A stretch of 64,000 nt of DNA from Candidatus Gastranaerophilales bacterium. GTDB taxonomy: Bacteria > Cyanobacteriota > Vampirovibrionia > Gastranaerophilales > Gastranaerophilaceae. The notes below the pieces were generated by a model, which had not been told where the DNA came from, ran no database searches, and saw only the letters and a program-made list of their open reading frames with translations. Shown one piece after another: positions 43,642 to 53,636 of the stretch. A program made the position numbers and the translations under genes. The number at the start of each line of letters is the position of its first letter. Position 1 is the first letter of the stretch. Location: positions 2,230 to 66,229 of the forward strand of contig CALUQN010000010.1 in the NCBI GenBank assembly GCA_944322945.1, written 5' to 3'.

Positions 43642-44373
43642 CTAAATATAGAATACAAGGTTAATCAAAAAGTCAGCAATCATAACATATATTGTTGATA
43701 GAATAGCGGATTTTGTGGTTGATAGTCCGACTTCTTTGGCACCGCCTTTTGTTTCATACCCCTGAGTTGCACAGACTAATGCAATCAGAGCACCGAAAAT
43801 TGCTGCTTTCAAAAGGCTTATATAGATATCTTTAGTCGCCATCCACGCCCAGACTGAGTGCATATATCTTGCAGGGTGAAGATCAATAGTTGCTGATGAG
43901 ACAATCATACCGCCTGCAATTCCGACAAATTCTGCAAGCAAGACTACCATCGGGACAGTCACCGCTGCTGCAAGAATTCTCGGAGTAAAATAGTAGCCGA
44001 CAGGGTCAACTTTTAGAATTTTCATTGCATCAACCTGTGACGTTACCTGCATATTAGCGATTTCTGCACAAATTGCAGTACCTGCCCTTGCCCCTATTGC
44101 AAGTGCGGCAAAGCCTGGCGCAATTTCTCTAATCATAACGATTGCAATTGTTCCGCCTATATATGTGTCAGCTCCTGACATAAGGAATTGTTTTGACACC
44201 TGTATTGCAATGGTTGCAGCTGCAATAAATGCTATAATTAGTGAAATAGAAAGTGAATCATAGCTGATAGAAGCCGCCTGAGAAATTACCGCTGATAATC
44301 TTACCTGCCTTGAAAACAGATATTTGAAACATCGTATTAGATTTTGAACACACAGTCCTAAAAAATTTATCAT
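43642..44373 (-). CDS. mlaE: MlaE/TGD1-type ABC transporter permease
   Basis: IVMIREIAPGFAALAIGARAGTAICAEIANMQVTSQVDAM. Confidence 0.85.
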   Translation of the reverse strand: MINFLGLCVQNLIRCFKYLFSRQVRLSAVISQAASISYDSLSISLIIAFIAAATIAIQVSKQFLMSGADTYIGGTIAIVMIREIAPGFAALAIGARAGTAICAEIANMQVTSQVDAMKILKVDPVGYYFTPRILAAAVTVPMVVLLAEFVGIAGGMIVSSATIDLHPARYMHSVWAWMATKDIYISLLKAAIFGALIALVCATQGYETKGGAKEVGLSTTKSAILSTIYVMIADFLINLVFYI

Positions 44374-44391
44374 TATTTTTCTTTCAATTTA

Positions 44392-45306
44392 TTAATAAAT
44401 TGGCATACACCATTTTTTATATTTGGCAATTTTACCTCTAACAACATCAAAATACAGCCTTTGAAGTTCTTTTGCTACCTCGCCAACATCACCGGAACCG
44501 AGTTTTCTGCCGTCAATTTCCGTAATCGGGCTGACCTGGGCTCCGGTGCCGCAATAGAAGGCTTCATCAGAAATATAAAGTTCGCTCCGGTCTATTGTCC
44601 GTTCTTCAACTTCAAGCCCTAGGACGTTTTTAGCAAGTTCGATAATTGTATTTCTTGTAATACCTATTAAAATATTATCAGTCTGGGAAGAAGTCACAAG
44701 TCTGCCTTTTTGCACAAGGAAAAGGTTCATAGCAGAGCCTTCCGTAACATTTCCGGTTTCATCCAGAACAATAGCGTCGTCAAATCCTGCGTTATGAGCG
44801 TCTGTCTTAATCAGTGCAGCATTAGCGTAGGAACCGGTAATTTTTGCTCTTGGAGGAATAGCATTGTCGCTGTTTCTTCTCCAGCTTGAAACACATACCC
44901 GCAAACCTTTTGAAAGGTCAATGTAGTCCCCCATTTTGTTTGTGATTATCAAAAAAGAATCTTCATTATCATACAACCCCGGGCCGACATTTCTACCGGA
45001 TTTGTAAATAACAGGGCGTATATAGCAGTTTTCTTTGTAATTATTTTTCTTTAAGAGTTTTTTAGTAATATCGCAGTATTCTTCAACAGAATGAGGATTT
45101 TTCATCATCATAATTTTACTGCTGTTTATAAGTCTTTCAAAATGTTCAGGAGCACGAAAAGCATATAATTGTTTTTCATCTTCATTGTAATATGCTCTAA
45201 TTCCTTCAAATACGGCAGTGCCGTATAAAAAAGCATGAGTGTGAACGTGAATACACGCTTTTGAAGCGTCAACAAAGCTGCCGTTCATATAATAATACTC
45301 TGCCAT
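44392..45306 (-). CDS. ilvE: branched-chain amino acid aminotransferase
   Basis: YGTAVFEGIRAY...GSYANAALIKT...EGSAMNLF...GITR. Confidence 0.9.
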   Translation of the reverse strand: MAEYYYMNGSFVDASKACIHVHTHAFLYGTAVFEGIRAYYNEDEKQLYAFRAPEHFERLINSSKIMMMKNPHSVEEYCDITKKLLKKNNYKENCYIRPVIYKSGRNVGPGLYDNEDSFLIITNKMGDYIDLSKGLRVCVSSWRRNSDNAIPPRAKITGSYANAALIKTDAHNAGFDDAIVLDETGNVTEGSAMNLFLVQKGRLVTSSQTDNILIGITRNTIIELAKNVLGLEVEERTIDRSELYISDEAFYCGTGAQVSPITEIDGRKLGSGDVGEVAKELQRLYFDVVRGKIAKYKKWCMPIY

Positions 45307-45380
45307 ATTCCCTCCTTAAAGCGAATTATGACATTATATTATCATAAAAGTATGCGCTTTGGTTTTATATTTACAATAAT

Positions 45381-46043
45381 TTATTTTTTATCAACTGCGG
45401 CGATGAATTTTTTAGCGTCATTAATAGGGATAGCAAAGCCAATACCAATATTGGAAATATTATTATCCGGATTAAAAATAGACTGGCTGATACCGATAAC
45501 TTCACCAGACGAATTTACAATAGGACCGCCTGAACAGCCAGGATTTATGGCTGCATCTGTTTGAATTTTATTTTTAGCATAATCAATTCTTGAGACAATT
45601 CCCTGTGTCAGAGTGCCGGAAAATCCAAATGGATTCCCTATAGCAAGCACTTTTTGTCCGACTTTAACTTTTTCAGAATCTCCGAATTCAACAGTTTGCA
45701 GTTTCTTTTTGGCATCAATTTTTAAAAGAGCAAGATCATTATTTTTCCCCATAATAGAAACTACTTTGCCCTTATATGTTTGTCCGTTATAGGTAGTAAT
45801 ATCAATATCGTTGCTGTCTTCAACAACATGGGAGCCAGTCAGGATAAGTCCGTCAGAGCGCACGATACACCCGGTTCCGGCGGAAAATCCGTCAGGGAGA
45901 TTTGCCTCTATTGAGACAATTGCAGGATTTATTTTTTCATAAACCGAAATATTTATCATCTCATCAGGTTCGTAGTTTGCGGCGCTTGCTCCGGTTATAG
46001 TAATCACAAATGCTGTCAGAAAATACAGTATTCTTTTTATCAT
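45381..46043 (-). CDS. secreted trypsin-like (S1C) serine protease without a PDZ domain
   Basis: Signal peptide. TGSHVV, NNDLALLKI, TDAAINPGCSGGPIV. Confidence 0.8.
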   Translation of the reverse strand: MIKRILYFLTAFVITITGASAANYEPDEMINISVYEKINPAIVSIEANLPDGFSAGTGCIVRSDGLILTGSHVVEDSNDIDITTYNGQTYKGKVVSIMGKNNDLALLKIDAKKKLQTVEFGDSEKVKVGQKVLAIGNPFGFSGTLTQGIVSRIDYAKNKIQTDAAINPGCSGGPIVNSSGEVIGISQSIFNPDNNISNIGIGFAIPINDAKKFIAAVDKK

Positions 46044-46200
46044 ATTTCCCCCTTATTTTATTATGATTATGCGATAACTCTATAAATATTCACTTACTCT
46101 TTGCAAGTTTTTTTGTGTAGTTATTGTAATTATTAAAATTTTAATGTATAATTCAGGCAAGACTTAAATCAAAAGTTTATTTAAAAAGGAGAATTAAAAA

Positions 46201-46959
46201 ATGAGCAGAATTGAATTATTCAGACAACATTTGAGAGAAAAAAGAGCAGTAAAAGTTATAGCTGGTATCGACAATTTTGATATTGAAAATATTAAAAAAG
46301 TTGTTACATCTGCAACGGAATCAGGCGCAAGCGCTATTGATATTTGTGCAGACGCCGATATTATCAGAGAAGTTCGCTCAATGACTGAACTTCCTTTGTT
46401 TGTATCTTCTGTAAAACCGGAAGAACTTGTTCGTGCTGTTGAACTCGGTGCTGATGCAATTGAACTCGGCAACTTTGATGCTTTATACAAAAAAGGCGCT
46501 TCTTTCACCGCAGAAGATGTTCTCAATCTTGTTCACCAAACTATTGATATGCTCGGTGACAACAGAGTGTTCTTCTCAGTTACAATTCCGGGCGACCTTG
46601 ATGTAACTTCTCAAATTGAACTTGCAAGAAAACTCGAAACTATGGGTATTGATTTAATCCAGACAGAAGGTTACTTCTCAGCTTCTTCTCAGGCTGACGG
46701 TGTAAGAGGCTTGATGGAAAGAGCACAATTGACTCTTGCTAACACTGTAGAACTTTCAAGAAACATTGACTTGCCTATCATGACAGCTTCTGGCATCAAC
46801 CCGACAACTGCACCTTTCGCATTCGCTGCAGGCGCAAGTGCTATCGGCGTTGGTTCATGCATTAACAAAATGGATTCAACACTTTCTATGATGGCTACTA
46901 TAAGAAACCTCGTTGAAATTGCTGAAAAAAATACACAACATGTTCTTGAACTTGTGTAG
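46201..46959 (+). CDS. Ycf23/DUF561-like TIM-barrel protein
   Basis: KVIAGIDNFDIENIKKVV...GASAIDICAD pattern, as in cyanobacterial and plastid Ycf23. Confidence 0.65.
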   Translation: MSRIELFRQHLREKRAVKVIAGIDNFDIENIKKVVTSATESGASAIDICADADIIREVRSMTELPLFVSSVKPEELVRAVELGADAIELGNFDALYKKGASFTAEDVLNLVHQTIDMLGDNRVFFSVTIPGDLDVTSQIELARKLETMGIDLIQTEGYFSASSQADGVRGLMERAQLTLANTVELSRNIDLPIMTASGINPTTAPFAFAAGASAIGVGSCINKMDSTLSMMATIRNLVEIAEKNTQHVLELV

Positions 46960-46979
46960 AGTTTAATTTACTAAGTATA

Positions 46980-47032
46980 AAAAAGGTTCCCGGATTGTTC
47001 TTCTCAGTTGAAACTGTCGGGAACCTTTTTTT
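46980..47032 (+). terminator. terminator hairpin
   Basis: AAAAAGGTTCCCG...CGGGAACCTTTTTTT. Confidence 0.65.
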
Positions 47033-47107
47033 ATACACAATTATTTACATATAATGGCATTTTTTTTAGATTTCGGCTAAAATTATACTGTTGAAAGAGG
47101 GATAACC

Positions 47108-48685
47108 ATGGAATTTATTTTTAATTTACTTTACATTTATGTAGCGTTATATTCACTTTATTTTCTGGCATTGGCGCTGAGAAACCTGAATGACAGACCA
47201 TTCCTGATTGAAAAAAGATATGTTCAATTTGAAGACAAAGACAATATTGCGGTTGTAATATACGCACATAACAACGCGGATTCCCTCTATAATATTGTAA
47301 ATGAACTAAAGCAGCAGGATTATCCGATAAACAGTTTTAGAGTATTTGCGCTGCTTGATAATTGTAGTGACGGCTCGGAAGAATTATTTGCAGGCGAGCC
47401 CTTTGTCAATGTAGTCAATATAAAAGATGTAGGTACAGTCGGAAAAGATCAGGCGGTTTCCATATTGCTTGAGGAACTTCGCAATGACGACTGGATTGAT
47501 TCATTTCTGTTTATAGATGCAAACAGAAGTATTGCGCCGGACTTTCTTTCTACAGTAAACGCCGCACTGACAAATAATTATGTATTGAGCGGTGAAACTA
47601 TCATTGATGCAGAAAAACTCGGCCCGGTTGCAAAGATTAAAGCAGCATACCAGAAATATCACATGAATTTTATGCGCAAGGCTCGTTCACTCTTCGGGCT
47701 TGCATCGAGAGCTGATTCAGGTGTATTTATTATCAAAAAAGATATAGTGGATCAGATAGGCTCAGTCGATTTTAAAGACATAAATTCGGAATTAAAATAC
47801 AGCTTGCTGTTGTCAAACATAAAATTCAAGTGCACTTACAATCCGAACATACAGACTGTTGCGGAAGCTGAAAGTTATGTTTTTGAAAAACCGCGGCTTT
47901 CTGTGAGACTGAATTTATTCCAAAATTGCATCACCAAAATTTGGAGTAAAAATTTCGTGTTTGCTGAACATACATTATCACTGCTTTACCCTAACATCTG
48001 GTTTATGCTGATTGCATACGCGTTTATATTAAAACATTCTTATGAATATTACTTTTTTGTAGATTTCAAAATTGTTTTATTCTCATTTATGCTGTACGCG
48101 GCTGGTTTTGGCATAAGTTTAATAAATTCAAAGTTGTCGGTCAAGGAAATGGGACTTCTCTCACTCTATCCGGCATATTCATTCTGCCATATTTTGAACA
48201 ATCTTCCTCCGGTCAGAAAAATCAGAAACAAAATAAAAAATATAGAAGAATTGCCTAAAAATACAGAAAAAATGTCAGTGGATGTTATTGTTTCAACGAA
48301 CAAAACTGATTTACCCTGCAAGCTGGAATTTATATCTGAAAACGGACTTGCCAAAGTCAAATTCATTTACAAGAATAAAAAGTTCACAACGTCAAGTCAT
48401 TTGCGTGTGATTGATGCTTTGCAGGAGTTAAAATTTAAACTGGATGAGCACGGATTTATCCTAAAAATTTGCAATTGCTGTTCTCATTACACGGCGTGCA
48501 ATGACGGTTCAAGAAACATGATAAAGGGTTTCTGCAACAGTGATTACCCAAGCCCGTCTATAAAAGAGCCTAAGCCTACATTTATCTGGAACACTTGTCC
48601 TGAATTTACGCCGGCAAAATTGAACAATATTATCCAGGAAATGGTAGAACAAAGTACTACCACGACTCCGGCTGCTAAGGTCTAA
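47108..48685 (+). CDS. membrane family-2 glycosyltransferase with a C-terminal Cys-rich domain
   Basis: IAVVIYAHNNADSL...LLDNCSDGS...FIDAN GT-A motifs. Several TM helices. C-terminal CNCCSHYTAC...GFC...WNTCPEF. Confidence 0.7.
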   Translation: MEFIFNLLYIYVALYSLYFLALALRNLNDRPFLIEKRYVQFEDKDNIAVVIYAHNNADSLYNIVNELKQQDYPINSFRVFALLDNCSDGSEELFAGEPFVNVVNIKDVGTVGKDQAVSILLEELRNDDWIDSFLFIDANRSIAPDFLSTVNAALTNNYVLSGETIIDAEKLGPVAKIKAAYQKYHMNFMRKARSLFGLASRADSGVFIIKKDIVDQIGSVDFKDINSELKYSLLLSNIKFKCTYNPNIQTVAEAESYVFEKPRLSVRLNLFQNCITKIWSKNFVFAEHTLSLLYPNIWFMLIAYAFILKHSYEYYFFVDFKIVLFSFMLYAAGFGISLINSKLSVKEMGLLSLYPAYSFCHILNNLPPVRKIRNKIKNIEELPKNTEKMSVDVIVSTNKTDLPCKLEFISENGLAKVKFIYKNKKFTTSSHLRVIDALQELKFKLDEHGFILKICNCCSHYTACNDGSRNMIKGFCNSDYPSPSIKEPKPTFIWNTCPEFTPAKLNNIIQEMVEQSTTTTPAAKV

Positions 48686-48746
48686 AGCTGTGTTTTGCGT
48701 GCAAAGAGTGCCGCGGATTTTTTTGAAATGATATTGCTCGGCAAAT

Positions 48747-48832
48747 TACAAACAAAGAGCAATGTTATTTGAGGACGATAGCGCGAACGAAGTGAGTCGC
48801 GTGTTCCGAAAATAATATTGCTTTTGTTTGTA
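48747..48832. repeat. long imperfect inverted repeat
   Basis: TACAAACAAAGAGCAATGTTATTT pairs with AAATAATATTGCTTTTGTTTGTA, flanking a GCGCGA...TCGCG core. Confidence 0.45.
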
Positions 48833-48851
48833 TAAACCTATCAATCTCAAA

Positions 48852-50003
48852 TTATTTTTTCAAAACTTCCGCAAGCATATAAAATGAGCCGCAGACAATT
48901 GTCATCGTATTTTCAGCAGGCGGAAGCTCTTTCAATGACTTAAATTCCTTTGCTGTATACGGGCAGGCTGACTGGAGCTCTTCAAATGTACAGGAGTTTT
49001 TATTGTTGAAGTGATAAAAATATATTTCATCGCCTTTTTGGAAAAGTATTTCCATCATTTTTTTGTAGTCTTTATTTTTCAAACAGCCGAACACAAACCT
49101 GCGGAATTTATCCGGATAATAAAAATCAAGACTTTCCCTTAGTCCTGCAATTCCATTTGGATTGTGCGCCCCGTCTATGATTAAATTTTCATCTTCTATA
49201 ACCTGGAACCTGCAAGGGTGCTGTACTTTTTTCAACCCCTCATCAACAACTGACTGCGGAATTTCAGGGTAAACAAGTTTAAGTGCAGCAAGCGCCAGCG
49301 CCAGATTTTCCTGCTGGTAAATACCTTTTAATGACAAATTGGTAGTATCTGCAAATGGTGCCGTAAATAGCAGAAGGGAATTTTTTTCATCCGCAGCATC
49401 TTTTATTGCCTCGTAGCCTTCAGATGTAACAACAGGACAATTTTCCTTAATAATACCGGCTTTTTCAAAAGCTATTTTATCTTTTGTGCTTCCAAGACGC
49501 TCAGTGTGATCCAGATCTATGTGAGTAATTATTGCGCAAAGATTCTTTTTTATAACGTTAGTTGCGTCAAATCTGCCTCCCAGTCCTGTTTCCAAGATAA
49601 CTACATCAACTTTTTTATCAGCAAAATATTTAAACGCTGTCGCCGTCAAAATTTCGAATTCAGTCAGATGTATATTATTTTTATCCGCAAGAGAACAAAT
49701 TTCCGTTACATATCCGGCGAAGTCATCTTTGCTTATGTCTTGACCGTTAATTTTGATACGCTCGGTATATTCAAAAATATGCGGGCTTGTATAAAGTCCG
49801 ACAGTCAGTCCATATTCTTTTAAAACAGCAGCTAAAATAGCGCATACAGAGCCTTTACCATTTGTCCCCGCAATGTGGAAGCATTTCAGTGAGTCTTGAG
49901 GATTGCCTAACAGCTCCAAGATAGCTGAAATTCGCTCAAGTCCGAGATTTATGTAGAATTTGCCCTGTGAGGTTAATGTTTTTATAGCTTTTTTATAATC
50001 CAT
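48852..50003 (-). CDS. folC: folylpolyglutamate synthase / dihydrofolate synthase
   Basis: HIAGTNGKGSVCAILAAVL...YTSPHIFEYTERI. Confidence 0.85.
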   Translation of the reverse strand: MDYKKAIKTLTSQGKFYINLGLERISAILELLGNPQDSLKCFHIAGTNGKGSVCAILAAVLKEYGLTVGLYTSPHIFEYTERIKINGQDISKDDFAGYVTEICSLADKNNIHLTEFEILTATAFKYFADKKVDVVILETGLGGRFDATNVIKKNLCAIITHIDLDHTERLGSTKDKIAFEKAGIIKENCPVVTSEGYEAIKDAADEKNSLLLFTAPFADTTNLSLKGIYQQENLALALAALKLVYPEIPQSVVDEGLKKVQHPCRFQVIEDENLIIDGAHNPNGIAGLRESLDFYYPDKFRRFVFGCLKNKDYKKMMEILFQKGDEIYFYHFNNKNSCTFEELQSACPYTAKEFKSLKELPPAENTMTIVCGSFYMLAEVLKK

Positions 50004-50009
50004 AATTTT

Positions 50010-51128
50010 TTAACCTAAATTTTGAAGTTCTCGCGCAATTATTTCGGTTGCATCCGGCTTTGCCATAAATCTTGCATTTTTTTGTAAATTTTCAAGCAAA
50101 TCCGGATTTTTTATTAATTCAGTAATTTTTTCAAGCAGCATTGTGGGGCTGGTCTCCGAATCTTCAAGATAGAGCGCCGCGTTCTGATTTACCATAAACT
50201 GAGCGTTTTTGCGCTGATGGTCAGCTGCCGCAAACGGATAAGGAATTAATATTGAAGCAATGGAGCTTGCGCAAAGTTCGGATATACTCAATGACCCCGC
50301 CCTTGATACTGCTATATCAGAAGCCTTCAATACAGTCACCATATCATCAAAATAAGGTTTTATAGTAAGGTTTCTGTCATCTGCAAAAGTCGGATATACT
50401 TCTTTCAAACGGGCGATTGTGTTATCGTAATTTTTTCTGCCTGTCTGAAAAATAATTTGCATATTATAATCTCTGGACAAGGTTTTTAAAATTTCAACAG
50501 CTGCGTAGTTTATCGTTTTGGCCCCCTGAGAACCGCCCATTATGCAGAGTGTAGTTTTGTTGTCAAGTCCGAGATAATTTCTTGCTTCAGCCTTTGTGAG
50601 GGTCTTAAAAGCCTCTCTTATCGGGTTGCCGTTGATATGGCAATTGTCATTTTTGATATATTTTTTTGCGCATTCAAAAGACAATGAAACAGCCTTTGCG
50701 CCGGGGGCTAATTTTCTGGTTACAAGTCCAGGCTGGGCGTCACAATCATGCATCATGTAAGGTGCTTTTTTAGAATATTTTGCTGCCAAAAGCATCGGCG
50801 CAGATACATAGCCTCCGGTACCGAAAATTGCATCCGGGGTGTATTTTTTTAGATAAATCAAAGATTTACAGCATGCAACAGTTAAATCCCAGAGCCATTT
50901 AATCATCCCGATAGAAAATTTGCGCGGCATACCGTGTACATTGACAGGCAAAAATTCATACCCTTTTTGCTCTGCAATTCGGTATTCCAGATTTTCCGGA
51001 TTACCGATATAATAAATTTTGGCGTCTCTTTCGTGCTCTCTGATGTAGTCAGCAACCGCAATTGCCGGATAAATATGCCCGCCTGTTCCGCCGCCTGTTA
51101 TAAAATAAATTCTTGGTTTATTATACAT
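50010..51128 (-). CDS. murG: undecaprenyl-PP-MurNAc-pentapeptide GlcNAc transferase
   Basis: ITGGGTGGHIYPAIAVA...GGSQGA. Confidence 0.93.
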   Translation of the reverse strand: MYNKPRIYFITGGGTGGHIYPAIAVADYIREHERDAKIYYIGNPENLEYRIAEQKGYEFLPVNVHGMPRKFSIGMIKWLWDLTVACCKSLIYLKKYTPDAIFGTGGYVSAPMLLAAKYSKKAPYMMHDCDAQPGLVTRKLAPGAKAVSLSFECAKKYIKNDNCHINGNPIREAFKTLTKAEARNYLGLDNKTTLCIMGGSQGAKTINYAAVEILKTLSRDYNMQIIFQTGRKNYDNTIARLKEVYPTFADDRNLTIKPYFDDMVTVLKASDIAVSRAGSLSISELCASSIASILIPYPFAAADHQRKNAQFMVNQNAALYLEDSETSPTMLLEKITELIKNPDLLENLQKNARFMAKPDATEIIARELQNLG

Positions 51129-52305
51129 TTTGATTCCTTATTTTTTTAATTTTTTTCTTAGATATATTGAGCAAAATTCCTACCATCCACAAAGATACAA
51201 TGAGTGAAGAACCGCCATAGCTAATGAATGGGAGCGGCACACCGGTTGTAGGGAAGAATGAACTTGCTACACTCATATTCAAAAAAGCCTGAAAACCTAT
51301 CGAAAAAGTCAACCCGACAGCAAGCAGCTTGCCGTACATATCAGGACAGCGGGAAGCAATGATAAAGCCTCTGTGTATAAACGTCCAGAATAATCCTATT
51401 ACAAGGAGGCATCCAACCCATCCGAGCTCTTCTGCGATTATCGCAAAAATAAAGTCAGTATGGCATTCAGGGAGATAGGAAAGTTTCTGTATAGAGCCGC
51501 CGTATCCGACCCCTGTCAGACCGCCCGATGCAAATGCAATCAAAGATTGAATAATGTTATATCCTGCGCCCTGCGGGTCAAGTTCCGGATGCCGCCATGT
51601 CCTCAGTCGTGTTAACTGGTATGGCTTTATAATAGTTGTAAGACCGACAATAATTGTTGTAATTCCTGCTATCATGCAGCTGAAAAAGAGTTTCAATGAG
51701 CCGCCGGCACACAAAAACATAACAACAGAGACTGACAAAAGCAGTATAACCATACTAAGGTTCGGCTGAATGAATATAAAAAATATCATACCGATTATCG
51801 GCAAAAACGCCAGCATCCATTTGTTTTTGTCAAACAAATTTGCGTCATACCTGAAAGCACTTGCAAGCAGAAGCACAACCGCGGGTTTTGCAAACTCTGA
51901 AGGCTGCAACTGAAACCCTGCGATATTAATCCAGCGTTTTGCACCGTTTACCATAACGCCAAGCGGTGTAAAATCAACAAGAAACAATAATATTAGTATT
52001 GATACAAATACAACATTATTCCATTGCGCAAGCTTTTTATAGTCATAATTAGTGAAAAATTTCAGACCTAAAAATCCGACAACAAAACTTATCAATTGTT
52101 TGATAAGAAATTGAGCGGGATTTCCGCCGTCATCAAGGCATTTTGGCGCAGAAGCAGAAAATATCGCCATAAACCCGATTATAACAAGAAAAGTCACTAC
52201 TATAAGAAGTGTTTTGTCAGGTGCTGACTCGATAATACTCTGTATAGGCTGATCTTTATACCGCGGATTTTCTCTACCGCGGTTATCCGAGTTTCGATAA
52301 GACAT
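51121..52305 (-). CDS. ftsW: SEDS-family peptidoglycan polymerase FtsW/RodA
   Basis: Ten-TM SEDS pattern (PSEFAK, ECHTDFIFA, PLPFISYGGSS). Start at Met 52305 preferred (the ORF extends to 52353). Confidence 0.88.
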   Translation of the reverse strand: MSYRNSDNRGRENPRYKDQPIQSIIESAPDKTLLIVVTFLVIIGFMAIFSASAPKCLDDGGNPAQFLIKQLISFVVGFLGLKFFTNYDYKKLAQWNNVVFVSILILLFLVDFTPLGVMVNGAKRWINIAGFQLQPSEFAKPAVVLLLASAFRYDANLFDKNKWMLAFLPIIGMIFFIFIQPNLSMVILLLSVSVVMFLCAGGSLKLFFSCMIAGITTIIVGLTTIIKPYQLTRLRTWRHPELDPQGAGYNIIQSLIAFASGGLTGVGYGGSIQKLSYLPECHTDFIFAIIAEELGWVGCLLVIGLFWTFIHRGFIIASRCPDMYGKLLAVGLTFSIGFQAFLNMSVASSFFPTTGVPLPFISYGGSSLIVSLWMVGILLNISKKKIKKIRNQNV

Positions 52306-53635
52306 ATTCCTTGAACACCTCTCCTCTTTCTTCGTAACTTCTGAACATATCAAAGCTTGCGCAAGCCGGCGACAACAAAACTATATCAGGATTTAATTCA
52401 ATGGATTTGTCGATTGCGCTCTGCATTGAATTTTCTCTGATAATATTGTCAAACCCGTCTGCTTTCAGATTTTCCTCAAATCTCTGTGCGGCTTCTCCAA
52501 TCAATACAACGGTTTTAATATGATTTTTTACCTCGTCGCAAAATTCTTTCAGGTCAGTATTCTTGTCACGCCCGCCTGCTATCAATACAACATTCGGCTC
52601 GTTGAAAGATTTTATCGCAACAATAGAAGCCTCCGGATTTGTACCTTTGGAATCATTATAGAAAGTTGTACCGTTAATTGTTGCGACCTTTTCCAATCTA
52701 TGTTCAGGCGCTTTAAAAGACATAATGGCTGATTTTATATTTTCATTTGAAACACCAATCAGCTTTGCGCAAATAACCGCGCACATTATATTCTGATAAT
52801 TATGTTCGCCCACAAGCGGACAATCGGCAAGTTTTATGATTTCTTCTTCCTTGCCGTTTCTTTTATAGAAAATCGAGTCATCCTTTTCATAACAGCAATT
52901 TGTGTCAGTTTCTTTAGCAAACAGGAACACTTCTCCGGCTGCTTGCGGTGCAAATTCCAGCAGTTTTGGGTCTTTGCCGTTTAAAACAGAAAAAGCAGGA
53001 TTTTGCGGGAATTTAAAAATTCTTGCCTTTGCCTCAAAATAATTCTCTAATCCCTGGTGCCAGTCGATGTGGTCAGGTGTAAAATTTGTCCAAATACTAA
53101 TCAGAGGCTGCAAAGACGGGCTCATTGCCAGTTGAAACGAACTCAGTTCACAAACCAGATAATCATTGTCATCATCTATCAAATCACACGGTGGTTTACC
53201 TATATTACCGCAAGCCGGTGCTTTAAATTCAGTTGAAAGTATATGCGAGGTCAGAGCTGTTGTTGTAGTTTTGCCATTGGTACCGGTTATTGCAACAAAA
53301 GGCGTCGATGTCTGCGTATAAGCTAATTCAATTTCAGAAATAACATGAACTTTTGCCTCTTCAAGTCTCTTCATAATTTCGCTGTGAGGCGGAATGCCCG
53401 GGCTTGTAATCGCAAGGTATGCGTCTTTTATAAATTCATCGCTGTGTCCGCCGGTTTCAATCTTTATCCCGAGTGCTTCCAGTTCTTTTATCTTTTCAAT
53501 ATCCTGTTCAGTAGGCATGCGGCTCTCGGTCAGGTAAACATCAGCACCCTTTTTATTCAAATATTTTGCCGCGGAAATTCCGCTTTTTGACAAACCCAAT
53601 ATTAATACTTTTTTTTCAAACCAATTTAATCTCAT
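52283..53635 (-). CDS. murD: UDP-N-acetylmuramoylalanine--D-glutamate ligase
   Basis: LGLSKSGISAAKYL, VAITGTNGKTTTT. Confidence 0.93.
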   Translation of the reverse strand: MRLNWFEKKVLILGLSKSGISAAKYLNKKGADVYLTESRMPTEQDIEKIKELEALGIKIETGGHSDEFIKDAYLAITSPGIPPHSEIMKRLEEAKVHVISEIELAYTQTSTPFVAITGTNGKTTTTALTSHILSTEFKAPACGNIGKPPCDLIDDDNDYLVCELSSFQLAMSPSLQPLISIWTNFTPDHIDWHQGLENYFEAKARIFKFPQNPAFSVLNGKDPKLLEFAPQAAGEVFLFAKETDTNCCYEKDDSIFYKRNGKEEEIIKLADCPLVGEHNYQNIMCAVICAKLIGVSNENIKSAIMSFKAPEHRLEKVATINGTTFYNDSKGTNPEASIVAIKSFNEPNVVLIAGGRDKNTDLKEFCDEVKNHIKTVVLIGEAAQRFEENLKADGFDNIIRENSMQSAIDKSIELNPDIVLLSPACASFDMFRSYEERGEVFKEYVLSKLG

Positions 53636-53636
53636 T

